Positions 9,720 to 18,418 of a stretch of DNA of 64,000 bases are shown here, one piece after another; the first letter of the stretch is position 1; the number at the start of each line of letters is the position of its first letter. The notes beneath the pieces are model-generated. The model was not told where the DNA came from and made no database searches. It saw only the letters and a list, made by a program, of their open reading frames with translations. The position numbers were made by a program, and so were the translations under genes. The DNA is taken from positions 1,471-65,470 of the forward strand of contig JAXLYQ010000026.1 of the NCBI GenBank assembly GCA_046351315.1, given 5' to 3'. The stretch is from Polyangiaceae bacterium. Lineage in GTDB: Bacteria; Myxococcota_A; Polyangia; Polyangiales; Polyangiaceae.

Positions 9720-10961
9720 ATGAGAGATAAGTCAGCGGTGCGAGGGCGGGTGCAGAGCAGCGTTGTGGTGGCCGCCTGCGTGGCGCTACTTCCCACGGTG
9801 TTGGTTGGTTGCAGCTCGTCTCCGTCGGGGGCGTCTCCGGCTGCGAGCGCGACGGCGACACCACCCGTGACGAGTGCTCCCGTGGTGGCAAGCGCTCCGC
9901 CCGTGAGCACGTTCGTGGCGCCTCCGCCGGCGAGTGTGGTGTTGCCGAGTGGGCTCACTGCACCGATGTCGTTCTCATCGCTGGTGAAGACGTGTGATCC
10001 TGCGGTCGTCACGGTGTTCAGCATCAAAGAAGAGCGCGGACGCTCGGGTCGGCGCCGAACGGTGATGGAGGGTTTGGGGACCGGCTTTTTGTACGATCCT
10101 CAGGGTTACATCATCACGAACGAGCATGTGATTTCCGAGGCGACGAACGTGACCGTTCGGCTGGCGGATGAACGGCGTGTTCCGGCGAAAATTGTGGGGC
10201 GAGACCCACAAACTGACGTTGCGGTCTTGAAGATCGATGTGGCGGGGCTGTCTGCGTTGCCGCTGGGCGATTCGGATGCACTCGACGTGGGTGATTGGGT
10301 CGTAGCGATCGGTAACCCGTTCGGTTTGTCGCATACCGTGAGCGCAGGGATCCTTTCGGCAAAAGGCCGTTCGCGAGAAGATTTGGCCGACCTCGACAAG
10401 ACGGGGCGGGGTTATTTCAACTTTCTTCAGACCGACGCCGCCATCAACCAAGGCAATAGCGGTGGGCCGTTGATCAACCTGCATGGCCAGGTTGTCGGGA
10501 TCAACACAGCCATCCGAGCGAATGCGAATAACATCGGCTTTGCGATCCCCATCAACATGGTGAAATCGCTGATTCCGATGTTGGTTCGAGACGGCAAGGT
10601 GACCCGAAGCGCCATCGGAATCACCGTCGGCGGGGTAACCGAAGACGACGTTGAGCGGTTGAAGAGGTCGAACCGAAAAGGGGCATTGGTTCGGGGTGTT
10701 CAACCCGGCGGGCCAGGCGACAAGGCTGGGCTCGCCGTCGACGACGTGATCATGGCTTTTAACGGAGTCGAAATCGTCGATCCTGAGGCGCTTCGCTGGC
10801 AGGCGAGCATTGCGGGGGTTGGCGCGCAGGCGACGGTGAAAGTTGCGAGGGGCGAGCGCGTTTTTGATCTCAAGGTGACCCTCGGAGCTCTTCCAGACGA
10901 CATTCCCGATGATCGGCCGCGGCCACCGGAGGCAGGAATTCGTGAGCTGCTTCGGACGTAG
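9720..10961 (+). CDS. DegP/HtrA-family periplasmic serine protease with PDZ domain (lipoprotein signal)
   Basis: Lipobox 'LVGCSSS'. Trypsin-like motifs 'ITNEHVI', 'DVAVLKID', 'GNSGGPLINLHGQVVGINTAI'. C-terminal PDZ. Confidence 0.85.
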   Translation: MRDKSAVRGRVQSSVVVAACVALLPTVLVGCSSSPSGASPAASATATPPVTSAPVVASAPPVSTFVAPPPASVVLPSGLTAPMSFSSLVKTCDPAVVTVFSIKEERGRSGRRRTVMEGLGTGFLYDPQGYIITNEHVISEATNVTVRLADERRVPAKIVGRDPQTDVAVLKIDVAGLSALPLGDSDALDVGDWVVAIGNPFGLSHTVSAGILSAKGRSREDLADLDKTGRGYFNFLQTDAAINQGNSGGPLINLHGQVVGINTAIRANANNIGFAIPINMVKSLIPMLVRDGKVTRSAIGITVGGVTEDDVERLKRSNRKGALVRGVQPGGPGDKAGLAVDDVIMAFNGVEIVDPEALRWQASIAGVGAQATVKVARGERVFDLKVTLGALPDDIPDDRPRPPEAGIRELLRT

Positions 10962-11082
10962 GCCGCGTTCGTGGCCGCAGCTTACGCATTGTCCTTGGGG
11001 TCGGGCTCATGCCCGTATCTGAAGTGGTCTCCGTCCGGCGCGGGGCGCCACGGTCGGGGGGGCGTCAGCGGACACACTACCC

Positions 11083-11131
11083 GAAACCGACGAAAACTCG
11101 CTCGAGACTGACGCAAGTCCTGCGTCCGCGT
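11083..11131 (+). promoter_or_regulatory. candidate ECF-type (autoregulated) promoter upstream of the sigma factor gene
   Basis: A 'GAAAC' -35-like element at 11083-11087, and a 'CGTCC' -10-like element at 11124-11128, lie a few bp before the ATG at 11137. The spacing is approximate; weak. Confidence 0.2.
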
Positions 11132-11136
11132 TTCAC

Positions 11137-11820
11137 ATGGTGAATAGCGCGGCTCGAATCGCGTCCAACATCGAAGCAAGAAGGACGGAGGCAGAAGAAG
11201 ATCGTGGGCTCATCGAGGCGGCAAAAGGTGGCGACAAAAAGGCGTTTCGTACGCTTGTCGACCGTCATCAACGCCGAGCCTATTCGATTGCCGTCGGCTT
11301 GGTGCGTGACGAAAACGATGCACGCGAGATTGTCCAAGAAGCGTTTCTTCGGGTGTATCGAGGTCTCGATACCTTCCAGGGCGGTTCGAGCTTCTTCACC
11401 TGGCTTTATCGAATCGTCACGAATCTCGCGATCGACACACTCCGCAAGCCGGGGCGCCAGGTGGTCGAGTTCGATTTGGCTCGTGAAAAAGCTGACCAGG
11501 TCGACGAGTCCAGCTTTCCGTTGCTCTCGAAAATCGACGGAGCCGATCCCGTCGATATGGTTCACCGAAAACAACTCGGTGGGCGAATTCAAGCAGCGCT
11601 CGATGCGCTGCCCCCTTATCACCGGAGCGTCATCCTGATGCGAGAGATCGACGGGATGTCCTATGACGAGATGGCGGTGGCCATGGGAGTGTCCAAGGGC
11701 ACAATCATGAGTCGCCTCTTTCACGCGCGGCAGAAGCTTCAGCGTGCTCTTGCCGATTGTTTTACCGAATCGTTCGGTGCCCTTCCGACCGAGCAAGATC
11801 CGACTGGAGAAGACCCGTGA
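11137..11820 (+). CDS. ECF (sigma-24/RpoE-like) RNA polymerase sigma factor
   Basis: Region 2 'AFRTLVDRHQRRAYSIAVGLVRDENDAREIVQEAFLRVYRGLDTF...FFTWLYRIVTNLAIDTLRK' and region 4 'SVILMREIDGMSYDEMAVAMGVSKGTIMSRLFHARQKL'. Confidence 0.85.
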   Translation: MVNSAARIASNIEARRTEAEEDRGLIEAAKGGDKKAFRTLVDRHQRRAYSIAVGLVRDENDAREIVQEAFLRVYRGLDTFQGGSSFFTWLYRIVTNLAIDTLRKPGRQVVEFDLAREKADQVDESSFPLLSKIDGADPVDMVHRKQLGGRIQAALDALPPYHRSVILMREIDGMSYDEMAVAMGVSKGTIMSRLFHARQKLQRALADCFTESFGALPTEQDPTGEDP

Positions 11821-12443
11821 AACCGCCCATCCTGTCAGAGCTCATGCAGTATTACGATGGCGAGGTCGAAGACCCCGTTCGTCGTCGAGAGATAGAGCGC
11901 TGGCTCACTCAAAACCAAGAAGGTCGCGATGTGCTGGCTTCGCTTGGTGGTCTGTCGGCGGTCATTCGCGACACGCACCAGGGCAACCTGCCCGAGTTCG
12001 ACATCAGCGACTCGGTGATGAGCGCCATCGAACGCGAGCCAACCCCGTCGAAGGTCGTACCCATCTCGGCTGTCAAGCAACCCACCCGCGAGGTTGCGGC
12101 GAATGTGAACCGCGTCCGCCGTGGCTCTTCGAGTCGCTCTCGCCCATCAGTCGTTTTCGCTGGTTTTGTTGTGCTTGCCGCGGCTGCTGCCTCGACGCTC
12201 TGGTGGGGCACCTCATCGTGGCGTGATCGCCCCAGCGCACACACGTTTTCACCCATTTCGAGCATCCCGGCTTTGAGTGAGCCAACGGCGCCAAGTCCTT
12301 CGGCCTCTACTGACGAAGAACCGACGGCAGCGTTGTCGGGAGCACACGTTGATTCGGTAGATTTTGGCGCAAATCACTCGGGCAGTGTCATTTATGTCGA
12401 CGGCTCCGGTACCGCGGTCGTCTGGGTCGACGAGGGTGACTAA
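11817..12443 (+). CDS. putative membrane anti-sigma factor
   Basis: GTG start overlaps the sigma-factor stop (GTGA). N-terminal cytoplasmic segment, one TM helix ('VVFAGFVVLAAAAASTLWWG') and a Ser/Pro-rich periplasmic part. Assignment rests on genomic coupling. Confidence 0.5.
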   Translation: MKPPILSELMQYYDGEVEDPVRRREIERWLTQNQEGRDVLASLGGLSAVIRDTHQGNLPEFDISDSVMSAIEREPTPSKVVPISAVKQPTREVAANVNRVRRGSSSRSRPSVVFAGFVVLAAAAASTLWWGTSSWRDRPSAHTFSPISSIPALSEPTAPSPSASTDEEPTAALSGAHVDSVDFGANHSGSVIYVDGSGTAVVWVDEGD

Positions 12444-12446
12444 AGA

Positions 12447-13016
12447 ATGAGCTCCCGTCGCGCATGGATCGCTTCAATCGTGGGTGGCGCCACGGTGGTT
12501 CTGTTGGCCGAGCTCGCGCTCGCTCAGCCAACTCCGCCATCTTCAGCGTCTGCAGGCCCTCTTGCCTCAGCCCCTCCGTCTTCTGCCTCTGCTTCGAGCT
12601 CGGCAGCGCCGGTTCCGTTGCCCACGGGCGCTGAGGTTCTGGTGTTGCACGCTAATAATTCCGGCACTGGAATTGATCCCAAAGTCTCGCACCTCACGCA
12701 GCTCACGAAACCACCGCTGTCGATCTACAATTCGTACAAGCTGCTCAATAAGATCAATGTGCCGCTCGCGGTAAACCAAACCGCGAAAAATGCTTTGCCG
12801 GATGGCTCGACTCTTTCTCTGGGGTTGAACGGAGTCGCCCCAAATTCGCAGAACCGATTCAAATACGCGACCTCGATCACTCGAGCAAACGGCCAGAATC
12901 TGCTCTCTGTTGAGGTCTCGTCGATGGTGAACGATTATTTCTTTATCGTTGCCCAGAAGTACAAAGATGGCCCTCGTGACGGCACGTTGGTCGTGGGTAT
13001 CAAGCTCACCAAATAG
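12447..13016 (+). CDS. secreted hypothetical protein (third gene of the ECF sigma operon)
   Basis: 189 aa with a signal peptide, then an Ala/Ser/Pro-rich linker and a beta-rich domain; no known motif. Confidence 0.45.
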   Translation: MSSRRAWIASIVGGATVVLLAELALAQPTPPSSASAGPLASAPPSSASASSSAAPVPLPTGAEVLVLHANNSGTGIDPKVSHLTQLTKPPLSIYNSYKLLNKINVPLAVNQTAKNALPDGSTLSLGLNGVAPNSQNRFKYATSITRANGQNLLSVEVSSMVNDYFFIVAQKYKDGPRDGTLVVGIKLTK

Positions 13017-13119
13017 TCAGTTCTACAGAGTTTCTCGCTTATTTTGAGCGTGTTGATGGTGACGCGCTCGAGCGAGATCCCAGGCGTATCGAGCTGAGCT
13101 TCCGGCCGAGTCGAAGCGC

Positions 13120-14367
13120 CTACCCAAACAGCGGAAGTCGAACTCGGAATGTTGCTCCACGGCGTTCGTGGCTTTCAGCGCTCACACGACCACCGTGTCG
13201 CTCGACAATGCTTCGAACGATCGACAGACCCAAGCCCGTGCCGTTTCCTGCTGGTTTGGTCGTGAAAAATGGCTCGAATACGCGTTCGATATGAGCGTTG
13301 TCGATGCCCGCGCCGTTGTCGCGAACGGCGATCTCGATCGAATGATCATCGCTCCGACTCGAGATGATGATCCGGCTTCTCGACGGTGATGCGTGGCAGG
13401 CGTTGGTGAGCAGATTCACGAAGATCTGCGTGAGCTCTCCGCTGACGCCCTGAACGATCTGGGCCCTTGCGTCGTAGTGTTTTTCGACGTGGATGTCGTG
13501 CTGACTCAAGACGTGCTCACAGAACAACAGCGCTTGATCGACGACGTCGTGCAGATTGACGGGGCTACGGATCCCGCTCGAGGGCCGTGCGTACGCGACC
13601 AAATCACGCGAGAATTTCAGAATTCGTTCGGCAGCTTCGGTGATTCGGCGCAGCGACTCGACGTCGTTGGCAGCCCCCGAAACTTCGAATCGCTTTTGAA
13701 GCGCGGATGAGTACGCAACGATCGCGGTGAGAGGGTTATTCAGCTCGTGAACGACTCCAGCCGCAAGCTCGCCAAGATTCGCGAGTTTCTCTGCTTGAGC
13801 GACTTGTGCTTCGAGATGAGCGACACGCTTTCGCTCGCCGCCGCTTGCTTCCAGCAAGCGGGCTTTGTCGAGCACGCTCGAGAGCACTTTCGCGACTCGC
13901 TGAGCAAGCCACCTTGCCGACGATGTATCGAGAGAGCGATCCTCTGTTAGCCCGAGCACGAGGGCTGCTCCCGACTCGTTGTCGATCGCAAAGCGAAGCT
14001 CGTCAGCGCTTTCAGAAATCAGGCGCGCGATCCGCATCGACCGCGATCGCAGGGCCGGTGGGGTGTACCAACATCGCGGGTGATGGATACTCGAGCAGCA
14101 CTGCGATCGAGCAAGGCTCGAGCAGATCTGCCAGACGACACAGCACGGTTTGATCGCCGTGATTCGCCCTTCGTCAAGCGTCGCATCAAGCGTGCTCTCG
14201 AGCAGACGATCGGCCCAATGAAGCGCGTCGGCCGTCGCGATGGGCGGCACGTCAGAGACGACGAGATCTACCTCGGACTGCAGCGACGTCACGTGCTCGG
14301 CCAGACGTACCTCGGACGTCGGAACTTCGGTGATGATGTCGCTCGACTCTCGGTTGGCTGCGTTCAC
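13120..14367 (-). CDS. sensor histidine kinase (HisKA + HATPase_c) with N-terminal GAF-like region
   Basis: H-box 'HELNNPLTAIVAY'. ATPase motifs 'DNGAGI', 'FEPFFTTK', 'GTGLGLSIV'. Its ATG overlaps the upstream gene's stop (ATGA). Confidence 0.8.
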   Translation of the reverse strand: MNAANRESSDIITEVPTSEVRLAEHVTSLQSEVDLVVSDVPPIATADALHWADRLLESTLDATLDEGRITAIKPCCVVWQICSSLARSQCCSSIHHPRCWYTPPALRSRSMRIARLISESADELRFAIDNESGAALVLGLTEDRSLDTSSARWLAQRVAKVLSSVLDKARLLEASGGERKRVAHLEAQVAQAEKLANLGELAAGVVHELNNPLTAIVAYSSALQKRFEVSGAANDVESLRRITEAAERILKFSRDLVAYARPSSGIRSPVNLHDVVDQALLFCEHVLSQHDIHVEKHYDARAQIVQGVSGELTQIFVNLLTNACHASPSRSRIIISSRSDDHSIEIAVRDNGAGIDNAHIERVFEPFFTTKPAGNGTGLGLSIVRSIVERHGGRVSAESHERRGATFRVRLPLFG

Positions 14368-15821
14368 GAGCCACTCCTCGAGCTGGGTGGCGCGAGTGGA
14401 TCCGGCGGAGGCTCGGTTTCAGATCGACCTTCGCGATCGTCGTGGCTCGCTTTGTCGAGGTCGAGAATCTTCGCTTGCCCGACGTACGACTTGGTTTCGT
14501 ACCGCGTGATCTTGCCGATCTTGCGGACGATCTCTGCCATGCGCTCGGCTTCGCTGACGATCACCTCACACGCCGAGTAGGCAGGCGAGTCGACATCGAG
14601 TCGTCGTCGAAGCAGCTCGGCATACCCCATGACACTCGTCAGAGGTTGGTTGAGCTCGTGTGCAGCTGCGCCCGCCAATTCGGCTACGATCGCCTGCTTT
14701 TCTCTCACCTTTAGCTCTTCTTGCGCCGCAACAAGTCGCGACTCCATGCGAAGCCGTTCGCGCAAGTCGGTGAAGATACCGACACTGCCTACAGGCTTAC
14801 CCTCTTCGAAGATCAACCCTGCCGAGATCGACACGGGAACATGCTCTGCTCGTCGAGTCAGTACCTCGGTTCGATATGACTCGAGCCGACCGCCCCGCTC
14901 TCGTATCAACCGCATCACCTGACGCGCGACCCCTTGCGGATAAAGCGATTCGACACTCATTCGCCCGACCACCTCTGCTGCCGAATACCCATAACAACGC
15001 TCGGCTGCGTGGTTGAACAGAAGAACGTTTCCGCGCAGATCGGCAGTCACAATCGCATCGACGCTGCTCTCGATCACGCGCTCGAGAAAGCTCTTCGTCT
15101 TGCGTAGCTCTTGCTCCATCGCGCGCTCTTGCGTCACGTCGCGAAAGGTCAACAGGATCGAATCTGCTTCTCGAAGCATCGAGAAGTTGGCGCTTGCGAT
15201 CAGCATCCCGGTCGACGATGCGATTCGAAAATCGATGCCTTGTGGGTATCGCCCTTCTGCAAAACCGGCCGTGACTTGATGAGCGAGATCTTCATCACCC
15301 GGATGAAGCAGCTCTCGCAACGAGTGCCCGTGTAGCTGCAACGTTGTCCGACCCAACAGTGCTCGCGCTCGTGGGTTCGAGAACACGACGTTGCCATGAA
15401 TGTCAACGACGAGAATGCCGTCAGCAGCTCGCTCGAAAAAGTCAGCGTAGGCCTGAGGGGGTCTCGACGTTGGCGGCAGGTCAGAGCTACCCAAAACGAA
15501 GCGCATTCGCGCCTTGAGTAGACGTGGATCAACTGGCTTCGGCAAAACATCGTTCGCCCCCGCATCGAGTGCGTGGTGCTGTTCTGCAGATTCGACCACC
15601 GCAAGCACGGGGGCAGTGCTCGTCTGACGAAGCTGTGCGTACAAGCCACGGTCTGCGCTCGCTGTACACACGACAATCACTCTCGCTTCGTGGCGCCCAA
15701 GCCACGCGGTGATCTCATCGCTGCGGAGTGTGACCACCCCGGAATCGACCTCTCTCAACGCCTTTTCAACTGCGTCAGCGTCGCAGGATTCGTCGCGGCA
15801 GAGCAGGACGGGGATACTCAA
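14364..15821 (-). CDS. receiver-like/PAS/PAS/HisKA protein lacking an ATPase domain
   Basis: 485 aa. Degenerate REC-like N-terminus, two PAS-like segments ('VVDIHGNVVFSNPRARALLG', 'VTADLRGNVLLFNHAAERCYGYSAAEVVG'), coiled coil, then H-box 'AHELNQPLTSVMGYAELL'. There is no N/G1/G2 box before the stop. Confidence 0.7.
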   Translation of the reverse strand: MSIPVLLCRDESCDADAVEKALREVDSGVVTLRSDEITAWLGRHEARVIVVCTASADRGLYAQLRQTSTAPVLAVVESAEQHHALDAGANDVLPKPVDPRLLKARMRFVLGSSDLPPTSRPPQAYADFFERAADGILVVDIHGNVVFSNPRARALLGRTTLQLHGHSLRELLHPGDEDLAHQVTAGFAEGRYPQGIDFRIASSTGMLIASANFSMLREADSILLTFRDVTQERAMEQELRKTKSFLERVIESSVDAIVTADLRGNVLLFNHAAERCYGYSAAEVVGRMSVESLYPQGVARQVMRLIRERGGRLESYRTEVLTRRAEHVPVSISAGLIFEEGKPVGSVGIFTDLRERLRMESRLVAAQEELKVREKQAIVAELAGAAAHELNQPLTSVMGYAELLRRRLDVDSPAYSACEVIVSEAERMAEIVRKIGKITRYETKSYVGQAKILDLDKASHDDREGRSETEPPPDPLAPPSSRSGS

Positions 15822-15863
15822 GGAGACAGGGTCATCTTAATGGGAATCGTCTCAATTCGGCAA

Positions 15864-15916
15864 GGAAGTTCGCTTCCAGAAAGCCCATTTTTCTCGATGG
15901 ATTTCATGGAAAATCC
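15864..15916. promoter_or_regulatory. two inverted repeats in the divergent intergenic region (GGAAGttcgCTTCC; GGATTTCatgGAAAATCC)
   Basis: Read directly at 15864-15877 and 15899-15916. They lie between the two-component operon (minus) and the lipoprotein gene (plus), in a locally AT-rich stretch. Confidence 0.3.
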
Positions 15917-15978
15917 AAAAACTTCGCGGCGATGTCGAATCCAAGCAACTGGCTGAGCGTCGCGTCGATAGGGAGAGC

Positions 15979-17196
15979 ATGAACTCGACTGCTCTTTCTC
16001 GATTTTCCACCCGTTCTTCTTTTTCTTTCCGATCACTTGCTCTTGTCTCAGCATCTCTGGTCGCGGCGGCGGCTCTCGTGGGTTGCGCGGACGATGAGGC
16101 CCCCGAGCATGCGGGGCTCGATCATGGCGCTGCAGGGAGCTCTGGATCGTCTGCTGGCGCCGCTGGTGAAGGCGGCACGGCTGGCAGTGCGACGACCGAC
16201 CCAGAAACATCAGGTCTGAATCTTGGAGCGATCACGCTACCCAGCGCAGAACGACGAGTGTTGGTTGCAGGCGTCGAACGCGACGGTGGCTTGTGTGTGA
16301 TGGAGGGTCGCAGCGGAAAGAAGGTCGCTTCGATCGCAGGGAACTACTCAGACGTGATGGTCGCAGGGGGTCAGTTGGTTGCTCTTGATTCGAGTGGCCA
16401 AACCTCTTCGATCACCGCGTTCAAGCTCGGTGGTGACGAGCTCGAAAAAACCTCGTCCGTCGACATCCCCGGGTCGCTCGGGCGTTTGCTCGACGCAAAA
16501 GGCACAGTGCTTTCACTTAGCTATTTCAATGGTCCGATGCTGGTGTCGGCCTCGCTCGATGGGGTCAGCTCGGCGCGATACTGGATGGAGCCTCAAGCTG
16601 TGACCGCCTCATTTTCTGCAGAGGGCACGCGCTTGTTCTCGCTGCACCAGCTCTCGAACGAGTGGCTCGTTCGTTCGACGCTCGCGACCCCCAGCGCGCT
16701 CTATGACGATAGCAAGGCTGACGTCGTGCTTCCGTCGATTGGAGGCGGCGCATGCGGTGCCAAGCTCGTCTCTGCGTTCGGTGGCGTTCTCACCGTCGCG
16801 GCACAGAACAACAAGCTCTCGCTGAACAGTCTCGATGGCTTGACTGTCGGCGCATCTACCACCGAAGACGGGGCGTGCGTTGAGGATGCCATCTCGACAG
16901 GCGCTGGTGGTGAAGTTCTCACGCTTACAGGGCCGACTCCAACGATTCACCGCACCCATGCTCTTGGGTCAGAAACGTTGCTGCTCAAGTCGTCGATGGC
17001 CCATCTTGACGGCCCCGTTCATCGTCTGGCAGCCGATGCTGAAAGTGGTCTCGCTTGGGTGTCTTTCGACGGAGACGTGCGTGAGATTTCGATCGAGCAA
17101 GGTCACCCGATCTCTGAGGTCGAGACCTTCTTTGCGGGGTGCGAGCCGACGTCGATCGCGGTGCTCGTCGTCGATGACGGCGTGAAGGGCAAGTGA
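15979..17196 (+). CDS. lipoprotein, unknown function (paralog A)
   Basis: Lipobox 'ALVGC', then a Gly/Ser/Ala-rich linker and a beta-rich body with conserved Cys pairs. Paralogous to the next gene. Confidence 0.6.
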   Translation: MNSTALSRFSTRSSFSFRSLALVSASLVAAAALVGCADDEAPEHAGLDHGAAGSSGSSAGAAGEGGTAGSATTDPETSGLNLGAITLPSAERRVLVAGVERDGGLCVMEGRSGKKVASIAGNYSDVMVAGGQLVALDSSGQTSSITAFKLGGDELEKTSSVDIPGSLGRLLDAKGTVLSLSYFNGPMLVSASLDGVSSARYWMEPQAVTASFSAEGTRLFSLHQLSNEWLVRSTLATPSALYDDSKADVVLPSIGGGACGAKLVSAFGGVLTVAAQNNKLSLNSLDGLTVGASTTEDGACVEDAISTGAGGEVLTLTGPTPTIHRTHALGSETLLLKSSMAHLDGPVHRLAADAESGLAWVSFDGDVREISIEQGHPISEVETFFAGCEPTSIAVLVVDDGVKGK

Positions 17197-18320
17197 TGTC
17201 TCGGCTGCGCTTTGCCATCGTCGCTCTGCTCTTCAGCTCGCTTGCTATGGCGTGTGCGCATGGTGTTGCTGAACCAGAATCACGTTCACAAAAAGCGAGT
17301 GATGAACCGCAGTCGCAGGCACCATCAAACTCAGCGAATACAAATCAAATCTCGATACCCTCTCGGATTCAACTCCCCGTACCTTCTCCCAGGCCGTCTT
17401 CTTGGCTTGTTGGGCCTACCAATGACGGCTCGCTCTGTGTGATGGATGCGAGCTCGGGAAAGCTCGTCTCGTTCTCATCGCTCGCTGCGACGGATGTGAT
17501 CGTCGATGCGCTTGGAGCTCGTCTTGCTGTCGTCGACGCGCCTAACGAGCAAACTCCGCGTGTTCGAAATTTCTCTATCGAGCAGGGCACGCTCGTCGAG
17601 CAACCCTCTCTCGATGGACAAGGGCCCGAGATGCGTTTGATCTCGGTCGGTGACTTCGTAGTTGCCGAAGCGCGCGATGTTGGCGCAACCCTGTTGGTCT
17701 CGAGCTCATCACTCAGCGTCGGTGCTGCTTGGCCGGTGATCGACGATGCGTACGTCGAGAGTGTCGATGGGCTTGGCGAAACACTCTGGACACTCTCGAC
17801 GGGCGCTTCACCTTGGCTTGTGCGGCGGGTTCGAGCGACGCCCTCGGTCATCACAACTCTCGAAGAGCGAGCCATCGAGCGTTGGGGCAACGACGGATGC
17901 TCGCCTCGACTGGCTTTCTACTCGGGGCAGCTCGTATTGGTTTCGATCGAGAACCGAACACTCGTCGCTCGTCGTTTGGATGGCAAAGTCGTTGCGAGCT
18001 TTGATGCTCCAGTTTCGAACACAGCCTGCGTTGATGACGTTCGGTGGTTGCAATCCGAAGGCTTCGTCGCGCTCACGAACGATGGCTATGTAGTTCGCTT
18101 CGGAGGAGAGCACCCCGCGATTGCGCTGTCGTTGGGTGGCGGGTTTCAGCCTGCGATCGCGCTTTCTCATCACATGGCACCGAGCCGCTCTGACGGCGCT
18201 GTGTGGATCACGACAGGCTCGCGGATTGTGAAGGTGTTGCTCGGAGCAGGCGGAGTCGCCGTTGACGACGCGTTCGAGCCCGCCTGCCAAGTCTCGTCAC
18301 TCGCTCTGCTTTCGTCGTGA
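17193..18320 (+). CDS. lipoprotein, unknown function (paralog B)
   Basis: Lipobox 'LAMAC'. Shares several blocks with paralog A ('DGSLCVMDASSGKLVSF' versus 'DGGLCVMEGRSGKKVASI'; 'PWLVRRVRATPS' versus 'EWLVRSTLATPS'). Its ATG overlaps the upstream stop (ATGA). Confidence 0.6.
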   Translation: MMSRLRFAIVALLFSSLAMACAHGVAEPESRSQKASDEPQSQAPSNSANTNQISIPSRIQLPVPSPRPSSWLVGPTNDGSLCVMDASSGKLVSFSSLAATDVIVDALGARLAVVDAPNEQTPRVRNFSIEQGTLVEQPSLDGQGPEMRLISVGDFVVAEARDVGATLLVSSSSLSVGAAWPVIDDAYVESVDGLGETLWTLSTGASPWLVRRVRATPSVITTLEERAIERWGNDGCSPRLAFYSGQLVLVSIENRTLVARRLDGKVVASFDAPVSNTACVDDVRWLQSEGFVALTNDGYVVRFGGEHPAIALSLGGGFQPAIALSHHMAPSRSDGAVWITTGSRIVKVLLGAGGVAVDDAFEPACQVSSLALLSS

Positions 18321-18382
18321 CGAGAAGGGGCGTGGCGGGCTCGTCGCTTCGTGAGTTTCGTTGCGGCGAACGACAATGAGAA

Positions 18383-18413
18383 CCGGCCAAGAGAGGGGCG
18401 CTCTTTTGGCCGG
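18383..18413. terminator. hairpin (CCGGCCAAGAGAG-gggcg-CTCTTTTGGCCGG) between convergent genes
   Basis: An approximately 12/13-bp stem lies between the lipoprotein B stop (18320) and the clpB stop (18419), followed by a T-rich stretch. It could act as a bidirectional terminator. Confidence 0.35.
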
Positions 18414-18418
18414 TCGTC

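Noticed and set aside
9104-10027. 307-aa minus-strand ORF
   Set aside because: It is antisense to the DUF1844 gene and the DegP start, with Ala/Ser/Gly-rich low-complexity translation. It is a typical spurious antisense ORF in high-GC DNA; the plus-strand genes carry recognisable domains.
9975-10703. 242-aa minus-strand ORF
   Set aside because: Antisense to the DegP protease domain.
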